DNA of 64,000 nucleotides from Candidatus Omnitrophota bacterium (GTDB lineage Bacteria; Omnitrophota; Omnitrophia; Omnitrophales; Aquincolibacteriaceae): NCBI GenBank assembly GCA_022705945.1, contig JAKJDL010000001.1, positions 53,047 to 117,046 of the forward strand, read 5' to 3'. Shown piece by piece: positions 1 to 8,125 of this stretch (position 1 is its first letter; each line of letters starts with the position of its first letter). The notes under the pieces were generated by a model. It saw only the letters and a program-made list of their open reading frames with translations, ran no database searches and was not told where the DNA came from. The position numbers and the translations under genes were made by a program.

Positions 1-426
1 GCTCGATCGGTCCACGGGAATATACCCCGCGCAAGCCATCGCCCAGCCGAGGAACGGTACATAAAAAAGCTCTTTTTTCGCGAGAAATTTGAAATTGAGC
101 GGAAGCGCGGCGCATACTGCGAGGATATCCAGTAGGCTTTGATGATTGGCGACCACAATATAGTTCTTTCCCTTTTCGATATAGCCAAGCCCCGTCACGG
201 CAAGTTTCCAGATCGGGTTCCACCGGATGATCCCCGCCGCCCAGAGCCGTGAAACGCGATGGACAAGATTCCGGCTGCCCTTCTCAAACAGAACGGAAAG
301 CGGGAACGCGATCAGAAGGTCCGCAAGCGTGAAAAACACGGTCAGGAAGCATACGCCGAACCACATCACGACTGAATAAAAATACCCCTCGGGAACACTC
401 AACTTTTTTTCCCTATAGATCTTCAT
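1..426 (-). CDS. 1-acyl-sn-glycerol-3-phosphate acyltransferase (PlsC family), 3' end runs off the window
   Basis: My translation from the ATG at 424-426 (minus strand) gives MKIYREKKLSVPEGYFYSVVMW... with an N-terminal TM helix. It continues to ...YIVVANHQSLLDIL (the HX4D acyltransferase motif, NHQSxxD) and ...FYVPFLGWAMACAGYIPVDRS (acyltransferase motif II-like). The ORF track omits it because there is no stop codon inside the window. Confidence 0.6.
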   Translation of the reverse strand, partial: MKIYREKKLSVPEGYFYSVVMWFGVCFLTVFFTLADLLIAFPLSVLFEKGSRNLVHRVSRLWAAGIIRWNPIWKLAVTGLGYIEKGKNYIVVANHQSLLDILAVCAALPLNFKFLAKKELFYVPFLGWAMACAGYIPVDRSS

Positions 427-465
427 AGAACAGAGATTCTAACGGCATACATCCAAAACACAAAC

Positions 466-515
466 CGCTTTTTACCCACTCCAACACCCGGGCCTAAGTC
501 CCGGTGTTGGAGTGG
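466..515. repeat. Flanking repeat copy A (cgctttttaccc-actccaacacccgggcctaagtcccggtgttggagtggg) with an internal hairpin caacacccggg/cccggtgttg
   Basis: Read directly. It is a near-exact copy of 1319-1368, with 3-4 mismatches near the 5' part. It lies just downstream of the minus-strand transposase ORF. Confidence 0.8.
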
Positions 516-609
516 GGGCAGCAGACGGTTAGAAGCGTTTTTATGTGTCACTTTTCTGTTTTCCAACCCCTCGGAAACACAGAAGTTGAAAATACTTGCG
601 GAACCGCCT

Positions 610-1257
610 CTAATCCATGAGGTGGGATTTGATGATTTGAAGACTCCGCTGATAATCTGCCCGGTCCTCAACAAATTTTCTGTATTGGGCCGGTGTCATC
701 GGGACCAGCTTCTTGAAATCACAGATCGGGTTTTTTCCGTTCGCACCGCAATATTCATGATGGGACGAAAATTCCCAATCATCCGCGTACGCGACAAGGC
801 CTGCCGAGGTCGGATTGAGATGGATATACCGTGTCATATGCCAAAGGTCCTCGTCTGTCCCGATATGACGGGCACCAAACCTTCCGACCCATAGCGGTCC
901 TTTCCGTTTGGATTTTTTGTTCAGATAGGACGCGTAACTTCCCTGAATGAGCCGCATGTAGTCCTCAACACCATTCTCGGCGGTTTGTATGACCAAAAGA
1001 TGGATGTGTGTCGGCATAAGGCAGTACGCAATCACCCGGACACGCTCCGAACCGTGCAAAACAGGGTCATCCGCTCCCAGAACCCGCTTAAGTGATATAG
1101 AGTAGCTGTGCCTGGCAACGGAATCGCGATAGAACCGGATCACCTCTCTCATCCGAACGTATTCCTCGGAATAGCGGAAGATCTCGAACCCTTCGATGCT
1201 TTTGTTGTAAACGTGATAAACGCCGCCGGTGTAGAATCTCTCTTTTCGAAAACCCAT
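610..1257 (-). CDS. HuH-Y1 transposase, IS200/IS605 TnpA-like / REP-associated tyrosine transposase (RAYT)
   Basis: Translation MGFRKERFYTGGVYHVYNKS...CLMPTHIHLLV...MTRYIHLNPTSAGLV carries the HuH motif and the Y-x3-NP Tyr motif typical of the Y1 transposase family (PF01797). An AAGGGG Shine-Dalgarno sequence sits upstream of the start at 1257. At 215 aa it is longer than a canonical IS200 TnpA. Confidence 0.75.
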   Translation of the reverse strand: MGFRKERFYTGGVYHVYNKSIEGFEIFRYSEEYVRMREVIRFYRDSVARHSYSISLKRVLGADDPVLHGSERVRVIAYCLMPTHIHLLVIQTAENGVEDYMRLIQGSYASYLNKKSKRKGPLWVGRFGARHIGTDEDLWHMTRYIHLNPTSAGLVAYADDWEFSSHHEYCGANGKNPICDFKKLVPMTPAQYRKFVEDRADYQRSLQIIKSHLMD

Positions 1258-1318
1258 TTGAAATCCCCTTTCTACATCTGAACTCTACCATAATTTGTAG
1301 AATATGCAATATATATAT

Positions 1319-1368
1319 CGCTTTTTACCATTTCAACACCCGGGCCTAAGTCCCGGTGTTGGAGTGGG
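1319..1368. repeat. Flanking repeat copy B (cgctttttacca-tttcaacacccgggcctaagtcccggtgttggagtggg)
   Basis: Read directly. It has the same orientation as copy A and lies upstream of the transposase start codon. Confidence 0.8.
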
Positions 1369-1370
1369 TG

Positions 1371-1470
1371 AAGGAATGGGGGAAGCGGTTAAGGGATAAA
1401 GGGATAAGAGAAAAGGAAAAGGGGAGCATTACAAAAAGAAAGAGAAAAGAGAGAGGCGGGAAAAGGGCCA
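1371..1470. repeat. About 100-nt polypurine (GA-rich) tract on the plus strand, polypyrimidine on the transcribed minus strand
   Basis: ggaatgggggaagcggttaagggataaagggataagagaaaaggaaaaggggagcattacaaaaagaaagagaaaagagagaggcgggaaaagggcc is almost purely purine. It is simple low-complexity DNA between the repeat and the 3' end of the giant gene. Confidence 0.7.
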
Positions 1471-1492
1471 ATCTGAAAGCGCCTTTCCCGCC
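1455..1492 (-). terminator. Candidate intrinsic terminator for the giant gene (hairpin ggcgggaaa/tttcccgcc followed by a CT-rich tract on the minus strand)
   Basis: There is a 9-bp inverted repeat with a ~20-nt loop 25 nt downstream of the stop at 1517. The minus-strand sequence after the stem is tctctcttttctctttcttttt. The loop is long, so this is tentative. Confidence 0.3.
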
Positions 1493-1516
1493 CAACCCCG
1501 GAGGAAAACTTTCCGG

Positions 1517-4500
1517 TTACGCCGAGATCGCGGTCTGCCGGAGGGCCGCAAGGTCGATCACGATCTGCTTGAGCATATTGGCAAGCGACTCGTTCGTCGC
1601 CTTGAGCACACCGTCCTCCATTGTGAACGGGATGTCCTTGAGCAGTTCGCCAGCCTCCAGATCAAGCTGCAGACTCGTCACGGCATTATACTTCTCCTCG
1701 TTCAACTTCTGCGCATACCGCACGAGGCCACTATAGGCCGCAGCGTCATTCCCCACAATCGAGCTTTGATAGTCGAACGTCACAGTTTTCGCGCGATTAG
1801 TCAGTCTAAGCAGGAGATCCTTGAAAACCTCCCTATCGACCTGGTTAACCGCCACCGCCGTCTTTGCCGTGATCTTGTTTTTCTCGACCCACTTTCTGAG
1901 CTGTTCTGCCGTTAGAACGTCAAACCGCTTCCCGAGCCGGATATCGATTTGTTTGTCGAGAAGGCTCCCGTTCCATTTCTGGACCTCATCCCGCATGGCA
2001 ACCGCCAAAGTCCTTCCATCTTCGAGAACATCCGTCTCGAGAACGCCCACCCTGAATCTTATCCCACTATTCAGCGCAAGCATGATCTTGATCATGTCAA
2101 GCTGCATCCTGTAGGTGTTTTTCGTCATGAGCACCAGGGCATCGCCCTCCTCCGAGGTCACCGGGATCGCCCGGCCTTCCGGCAGCGCGTTGATCACCTT
2201 GAGCATTTCACCGCCCAGCGCCGTTGCGAGACCGGTTAAAAGTTCCGAGGCCTTTTCAGGAGTACTCTGATACAGGTCCAGGATCCCCCACACAATCATC
2301 GCTACCCTGATCGCGGCGTCCGTCGCGCGATCTACGTCCGCGAGCTTCACCAGAGAAAACTTCCTCTTCTCCAGCAGTTCCCTCTCACCCGCCGGAACCC
2401 TCTCCATGATCTTCTCGAGACCGGCTTTCGTGATTCCTTCTTCTTTCATGATCCCTTCTTCCGTAATCTCTCCTTCAGTCAGCCTAACCGCGGTCAAGAA
2501 AATCATCGCTTTCTCGAGCGGCATGGCCTCCCTGACTATAAAAGGCAGATCAATGGGAAGGAACGCAATCTCGTTTTGCAAGGTCGCGGAATTATAATGA
2601 ACAATCCTGATCCGACCCCCGACCACGCTGATCCCGACCGCGTAGTTGATATCCACCCGGCCCTGCCCATTCGGCCACTTGATATGGACCGAGGGCGTTC
2701 CGGCCCTGTCGCTCTCCTCCTGCCAAACTTCCACGCCGAATCCGCGAAGCGTTTTGGCAGCCAGCTCGATTTGCAATTCCCGCTCAAGCTCGGCCTTCGT
2801 GGCTTCAAGCCCTGCCTTTTCGGCTTCAAGCCCGCTCCGTTCCGAAATCAGCTTATTCACATCTTCGGGTGTGCGCTGGCTCCCTTCCGACGGAAATAAA
2901 TCGTCAATTGCTTTTCTAGCTTCATTGATCTTTTCTTTTATTTGACCGATCTCCGTATTGATTTGCTCGATTGCTTCTTTATAAATCTCATCAATACTAC
3001 GCTCCCCCCGAATCTCAGCCCGTCCTCTCGTCTCGCTCCGAACTTCAGGAACCTTTTGGGAGAGATCTGTTTCCACGGTAAAAACCACCGTCCGACTCAC
3101 GGGATCTATTGCAACTTCTAAGACCGGTTGGTCGGGATGGGCTCTTAAATAATTCCTCGGAAAATCTGATTTGTTTCCCGTATTCCGAAATTTCACAACC
3201 GGAGAAAATCCGGAACCAAAATATAAAACCAAACCCTGGGCTTGAAGATTATTCTTGACGACCTCTTGAAGATTATTCTTGACGACCTTACCCGACACTT
3301 TTCTTTCAAGTGCCGCGACATAATCGTTAAGAGCGGCAACGAATAACCCCACACTATCTCCGACACGGAGATAATCATTCCATATCCGTTGAAACGCCAA
3401 AGCCTCCAGGTAATAAGGCGCGAACGCGACCGGACCTGTTGTTGCGTCAATATTCTTGCCCCGGTTCAACCATTCCTCCGTCTTCAAAAGTGTGGGCGGG
3501 TTTTCGTAGAGCGCGGGCGGGAGATTAATCTCCTGTTCCAAAGCAGCCTTCCGGCCCCTCGCGGGCGGGAGATTAATCTTCTGTTCCGGAGCAGCCTTCC
3601 GGCCACTCTCTAACATTTTCCGGATCCCATCGAACTTGCGGAGTGCGTCATCCAATTCCTGATCCCTCACCTCGCTTCGGACCTCAGGAGCCTCGTTCGG
3701 CAGTGTTCGACCGCTGAGAATCTGGTCCATCCCGGTGAGCCACTCTTTTGGTTTGATAACATCACCATACACATAACTATCAAGATGCGAAGCTTCTTCC
3801 AATTTGCCAATCATGTATTCATAGGCTTTTGCTAAAAATTCTCGTATCTCCTGCTCACCGGCCGTCAACAACAGATCTCCCGTCCAATGTTTAGTGCCGT
3901 TTACATCAACGTACCCATTTTGATTCTCAGGAATATATACAACCTTCACCACCCACAGACCTATCTCCCTTTCTATGCTTGTGACGGGACTCCCCTTCTT
4001 CTTAAACTCCGCCAACTCCCTCACCTCGCTCCGAACTTCAGAAGCCTCTTCGGGGAGGATGGCAACGGCATCGCCGACCATTTGGCGATATGCCGCTATT
4101 TCCTCGTTCGTATTTTTACGAAGGTCATGGTTCCTCTCAGCCCTATTGAACCATTCAAGCCTATCGATCATCTTGTTGATTCTTTCAGCCAAATCCGCTC
4201 GCACCGCGGTATCTGCTTCTTGCAAGCTTTGAATAGACGCACGGATCCTGGGCTTCAATTCAGCCATCACCTCCGACCCGTTCAGCCGCCGCTCGTTCCA
4301 ATCATGCCACCATTTCTCAATCGGGGACCACGGCCTGTTTTCACGCATTCTCGAAGCGCTTAAATCCTCCAGCAAACCTCTACCCAAACTTACGATGCGC
4401 CTTGAAAAGCTGGAACTCCGCCCCATGACCAAACTCAAAAGAATATTGGCCGCGCCTGTCACGGCTACAGCTCCGGTCGCGATCTGAGCCAGTGTTCGGG

Positions 4501-7500
4501 CTTCACCAAAAAAATGTCGCCCTGCAACCGCCGATATCCGGCCATATGCCACTTCAATCAGAGTCAGAAAAACAATCAGGGCAGGAAACCCATACAAAGC
4601 GAGAGATCCCAGGAACAGCATATCCCTGAGAAGCGGCTCCCTAGGCGTTCCTTCACGTTGCGCACGCGCCAACGAGCCCCGAAGATCTTCAAGCCCGCGG
4701 ATGAGGGACTCGATGTGCCCTCGCGCCCCATCCGGATCCGAAACAACCGACTCGGGAAAAACGTAGTCGATCGAGACACTGCCCGGCACCTCGTCCCGAT
4801 AAGCTTTCTTGACGATGGATTCTCCCGCCTTCATAAGCCCCACAAAAGCAGGGCCTGCTTCTTCCTGCGGCCATTCCTCTTCCGTTGCGGCCAGAAACGC
4901 GTGGGCACGCGCAATCAATGTATCAATATCGTTTATGACATCGGCTAGCTTATCGGGGCCCATGCTCTTCCTCAATTGGGCCCTTGCCTCCGCGCGGGCG
5001 GTGACGCGAACACCCTGCACCATTTTGTTGAGCCATTCAATATCAGTGATCTCGTGGATATCGGGATTGGCCATCGGCAACCTCGGATTGTCAAGAATGC
5101 GCTCGATCTTCCCCTTGTTCGCCCGGAACCAGTAACCACCCTCGTATAAAAGATGTTTAGAATACAAACGCCTGAGATATTCCGCCATCCTCTGCGCGAC
5201 CCTCAATCTCGCGGCGCGGTCCGACTCGGCCGGAATGAGGAAATGCGCGTTCCTGTCCCCATGGAACACAATCATCTTTCTGCCCTTGCCGTCGTATTCC
5301 AGCGTCACCGTCATCCATGTCGCTTCCCCCCTCGCCTCGGAGCGGCGGGCGTATGGAACTTCGCTACCCGGATGTCCTTTCTCTTCAGTGATTTCCCGAG
5401 CCTCAGCGGGTATGGCGGGCTTCATAGCGGGAACGGAAACAGCACCATCATCCTTCCCCTGGAGTTTGGATGCTAAATAATCCACAGGATGAGCAAACCA
5501 CATAGCAAGCACAATCGGCGATATCATCAGTAGAACACTCACCGGCAAAACAAACGCCGCAACAAGCGTCACGATCGGCGCCACAACATATGAAGTGACT
5601 TTGACCGGGTCCGAAAAGAAATCCCGCGCCCCGGAGCGGGGGCTAAGTTGCTCTTCCATCTTTTTGATCTCGTCTTCGGTCTTGCGAATCTCTACTTTGA
5701 GACGGGTCTTTTCGGTTGCGTTCCTTATTGCTTCCTGGAACCGCATCCATCCAAGCTGAATACGCAGCACTAAAAGACGATAGGCAAGGGGATCGGCCAA
5801 AGTTCTACGAATGTCCCGGATAAAGACTTCAGGCCGAGAAAAACGCCGGGTTTGGTCCAGACCCAGCGCTCCCCTGACAAACTGCGCGACGGCACTCATG
5901 CCTTCGATGAATAAGAAAGTCAGGCCTCCCGCCATGACCGCGACGATTACGCCGATAGTCCCGGTCAGAATCACGCGGGCGGATAAGCCCAATTCCGGAT
6001 TTGCTTTAAAAAATGAGAGTATCCCAACAATCGCGCCCGTGACAATGCCGCCGAAGATCGGAACAAACACATTGACGGGAACGCCCTTCTGCTCTCTCAC
6101 CTCGGAGCGGGTTGTAACCTCAATTGGAGTAACCGGCTTGATCTCTGGCTTAGGCGCACTTAACCGGTTAAGCGGACCCATCGAAGCAGTAACAATCCCG
6201 TCGATCGTGACGGAGGACGACTCGGCCGTTCGTGACACCACTTTATAACGGCTCTTCATGGGTTGCCCCCGGGCATCCACGGCGGGCACAATTCGGATCC
6301 CGTTCTTGGCGGCAACCAGTGAATCGTTGAAAATAGCAATCACGGAATCAATATCGGTTTCGCCGACCTTTGCCATCGCATTGAGAATCACGGCATAAAC
6401 GTCCCCGATCGAGACACCCTGCGCGACCTCAGCGATGAGCGGCATCAACTTGGAGGCCATTTCGAGATATGAAACATCAAAAAGGCGCGGCTGGTTCTGG
6501 AGCATGGCCGTGCGGTAAAGCTTCTCATCAGACTTTTCGGAGAGGCGGGGTGTCAGAATGCCGTAGCTGATCTCGTTTTGACGGAGGATCTCGGATACGC
6601 CGTCGGTATGGAAACCGCCGGTCACGAGAGCAACCTTCGTCACGGAACGCCCATACATGACCTCAGACATCTTTTTATAAAAGGCCGATTCACGGGCGCG
6701 GGCGTAGTCGTAAAAATCATAGGCGGCGTCGTAGAGTTCCGTCACGGCGGAGCGGAACTTCGGGTTCACCTCTTTCGTCTCGAAGGATGTTTCCGCCAGC
6801 TTGTGCTCGGCATTGACGGCCTTTCCAAGGGCCTTCAGTCGTTCGACAATCGGGTCGATCGCCACGGCATCTTTACGGGACATGATCCGGGCCCAGTCAC
6901 TGCGGGTCAGTTCGAGATTAAGAAGCTTCCTGACCAGCTCGCCGTCCCGGTAAAGAGCAAGGAGTTCCTTTTGCGAAGGGGTCTCGGCAAGCTTGTCCAG
7001 GATCGAGTCAAAAAGACGGTTGATCTCGGCGAAAAGGCCCTTCGAATCGAGCTCGCTTTTGAGAATGAGATAACCGGCCTGGACGCTGAAATTGGGATAA
7101 TCACTGAACCTGAAGCCTTTCGGAGCGGCTTCCCGGGCGAGGCGTTCGAGAAGATAGCGCGGCTGGACGGCCTCGGCCACACCGCCGGCGCCCTTGCGCG
7201 TGACGTTGATGTGCTGGTCGCGGAAATTATCGATCGCGCTGATGAGATCCGCGGGGAGGCGCTTCTCCTTCATGAACCTGAGGAGCGCGTCCTTTTCCGT
7301 GAGGGCGCGTGCCGGGTCGAGCTCCTTTTCCATCTGCTGGAGGACAAGGAGGCGCGTCACCTGCGGCCACTCCACCTGGGCGAAAAGGCTTTCGAGATCG
7401 AGCTTGAGGATCTGCCTGGCGTCTTTCGCAAGGCTTTTCACGTAGGGCATAAACTCACGCTGGCCCTTTTCGAACTTTTTCCACTCGGCAAGCATGCGGC

Positions 7501-8125
7501 GCATGTCGGGGCTCGATATCTTGGACGAAATCGTTTCAAGGCGCGATTCGAGGCCGCCTACATATTTGTTCACAAGCGGTTCGGCCCCGTAGACTTTTTT
7601 GAGGGCCTCGTAGTTCTTCCGGTAGAGCTCGGCATCCTCGATCCCCTCGGCCGTGACGGCCCGGCGGTCCGATTCAAGCACATAGAGCTCCGCGCCGGTC
7701 AGTTCGCCCTGGCGCGCGAGGAGATCCGCGAGTTTCGCGTTCCGTTCGTCATCGGGGAATAATTTCAGATAATCGGGATCGAGCTGTTCGGCCGCGCCTT
7801 CCACAAAGATCGTGTTAATCGCATAGTTTTTGTTCAAATATTCGAGGAGTTTTTTGATCTTCTGCTGAGCGTCGTAATTGGCGTGGGCGTTCTGGATATG
7901 CAGAACGAGCCTGGGATCCGTCGAAGGAGGAGCTTCGAAAACATCGTCAAGACTCGCGAGATCCGCCGGGATATCAATTTGAAGAAACCCGGGCATTTCA
8001 CCGGCCGGAGCGATCTCGATACCGATCCCGGGTGCGGCAAATGCGATCTGGTTGACGAGAAAAACAGCAGCAGTCGTCAGGCTCATAAAGCGCGTGAAAC
8101 GCTTCATCATTTTGTTTTTAGCCAT
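1517..8125 (-). CDS. Giant (2202 aa) secreted / membrane-embedded protein of unknown function
   Basis: It is a 6.6-kb uninterrupted ORF with a strong RBS (GGAGGAGagtaaATG) before the start at 8125. The N-terminus has a signal-peptide-like segment (KRFTRFMSLTTAAVFLVNQIAFAAPG). There are at least three hydrophobic TM hairpin blocks (aa ~670-740, ~810-850, ~1190-1250). A PEVRSEVR motif occurs four times, and there are internal in-frame tandem repeats. I recognise no catalytic domain with confidence. Confidence 0.85.
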   Translation of the reverse strand: MAKNKMMKRFTRFMSLTTAAVFLVNQIAFAAPGIGIEIAPAGEMPGFLQIDIPADLASLDDVFEAPPSTDPRLVLHIQNAHANYDAQQKIKKLLEYLNKNYAINTIFVEGAAEQLDPDYLKLFPDDERNAKLADLLARQGELTGAELYVLESDRRAVTAEGIEDAELYRKNYEALKKVYGAEPLVNKYVGGLESRLETISSKISSPDMRRMLAEWKKFEKGQREFMPYVKSLAKDARQILKLDLESLFAQVEWPQVTRLLVLQQMEKELDPARALTEKDALLRFMKEKRLPADLISAIDNFRDQHINVTRKGAGGVAEAVQPRYLLERLAREAAPKGFRFSDYPNFSVQAGYLILKSELDSKGLFAEINRLFDSILDKLAETPSQKELLALYRDGELVRKLLNLELTRSDWARIMSRKDAVAIDPIVERLKALGKAVNAEHKLAETSFETKEVNPKFRSAVTELYDAAYDFYDYARARESAFYKKMSEVMYGRSVTKVALVTGGFHTDGVSEILRQNEISYGILTPRLSEKSDEKLYRTAMLQNQPRLFDVSYLEMASKLMPLIAEVAQGVSIGDVYAVILNAMAKVGETDIDSVIAIFNDSLVAAKNGIRIVPAVDARGQPMKSRYKVVSRTAESSSVTIDGIVTASMGPLNRLSAPKPEIKPVTPIEVTTRSEVREQKGVPVNVFVPIFGGIVTGAIVGILSFFKANPELGLSARVILTGTIGVIVAVMAGGLTFLFIEGMSAVAQFVRGALGLDQTRRFSRPEVFIRDIRRTLADPLAYRLLVLRIQLGWMRFQEAIRNATEKTRLKVEIRKTEDEIKKMEEQLSPRSGARDFFSDPVKVTSYVVAPIVTLVAAFVLPVSVLLMISPIVLAMWFAHPVDYLASKLQGKDDGAVSVPAMKPAIPAEAREITEEKGHPGSEVPYARRSEARGEATWMTVTLEYDGKGRKMIVFHGDRNAHFLIPAESDRAARLRVAQRMAEYLRRLYSKHLLYEGGYWFRANKGKIERILDNPRLPMANPDIHEITDIEWLNKMVQGVRVTARAEARAQLRKSMGPDKLADVINDIDTLIARAHAFLAATEEEWPQEEAGPAFVGLMKAGESIVKKAYRDEVPGSVSIDYVFPESVVSDPDGARGHIESLIRGLEDLRGSLARAQREGTPREPLLRDMLFLGSLALYGFPALIVFLTLIEVAYGRISAVAGRHFFGEARTLAQIATGAVAVTGAANILLSLVMGRSSSFSRRIVSLGRGLLEDLSASRMRENRPWSPIEKWWHDWNERRLNGSEVMAELKPRIRASIQSLQEADTAVRADLAERINKMIDRLEWFNRAERNHDLRKNTNEEIAAYRQMVGDAVAILPEEASEVRSEVRELAEFKKKGSPVTSIEREIGLWVVKVVYIPENQNGYVDVNGTKHWTGDLLLTAGEQEIREFLAKAYEYMIGKLEEASHLDSYVYGDVIKPKEWLTGMDQILSGRTLPNEAPEVRSEVRDQELDDALRKFDGIRKMLESGRKAAPEQKINLPPARGRKAALEQEINLPPALYENPPTLLKTEEWLNRGKNIDATTGPVAFAPYYLEALAFQRIWNDYLRVGDSVGLFVAALNDYVAALERKVSGKVVKNNLQEVVKNNLQAQGLVLYFGSGFSPVVKFRNTGNKSDFPRNYLRAHPDQPVLEVAIDPVSRTVVFTVETDLSQKVPEVRSETRGRAEIRGERSIDEIYKEAIEQINTEIGQIKEKINEARKAIDDLFPSEGSQRTPEDVNKLISERSGLEAEKAGLEATKAELERELQIELAAKTLRGFGVEVWQEESDRAGTPSVHIKWPNGQGRVDINYAVGISVVGGRIRIVHYNSATLQNEIAFLPIDLPFIVREAMPLEKAMIFLTAVRLTEGEITEEGIMKEEGITKAGLEKIMERVPAGERELLEKRKFSLVKLADVDRATDAAIRVAMIVWGILDLYQSTPEKASELLTGLATALGGEMLKVINALPEGRAIPVTSEEGDALVLMTKNTYRMQLDMIKIMLALNSGIRFRVGVLETDVLEDGRTLAVAMRDEVQKWNGSLLDKQIDIRLGKRFDVLTAEQLRKWVEKNKITAKTAVAVNQVDREVFKDLLLRLTNRAKTVTFDYQSSIVGNDAAAYSGLVRYAQKLNEEKYNAVTSLQLDLEAGELLKDIPFTMEDGVLKATNESLANMLKQIVIDLAALRQTAISA
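3241..3288. repeat. Perfect 24-bp tandem duplication inside the giant ORF (cttgaagattattcttgacgacct x2), encoding VVKNNLQE-VVKNNLQA
   Basis: Read directly. It is in frame as an 8-aa repeat. Confidence 0.9.
3513..3608. repeat. Near-perfect 48-bp tandem duplication inside the giant ORF, encoding (E/K)INLPPARGRKAALEQ x2
   Basis: Read directly. The two copies differ at about 5 positions. It is in frame as a 16-aa repeat. Confidence 0.9.

Larger units (their letters stand above)
466..1368 (-). mobile_element. IS200/IS605-like or REP-associated tyrosine transposase (RAYT) unit: a HuH-Y1 transposase gene bracketed by two near-identical hairpin repeats
   Basis: The 215-aa ORF has a HuH motif (CLMPTHIHLLV) and a C-terminal catalytic Tyr motif (RYIHLNP). 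It is flanked at 466-515 and 1319-1368 by the same ~50-bp sequence in direct orientation, and each copy contains an imperfect palindrome. Confidence 0.5.

Noticed and set aside
610-1257. YADD tetrapeptide (GLVAYADDWEF) in the transposase ORF, reminiscent of reverse-transcriptase motif C
   Set aside because: The protein is only 215 aa and carries clear HuH and Y1-transposase Tyr motifs. No other RT motifs (1-7) are present, so the YADD is most likely coincidental.
3241-3608. Tandem direct repeats that could be mistaken for a CRISPR-like or minisatellite array
   Set aside because: There are only two copies each, with no spacers. They are in frame inside a coding region and translate to repeated peptide units.
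6578-7762. 394-aa plus-strand ORF, and several other 60-160-aa ORFs, antisense to the giant gene
   Set aside because: They are entirely embedded opposite a long, well-supported minus-strand ORF in GC-rich DNA. There are no RBS or domain features, and they have Arg/Gly-rich composition typical of antisense frames.
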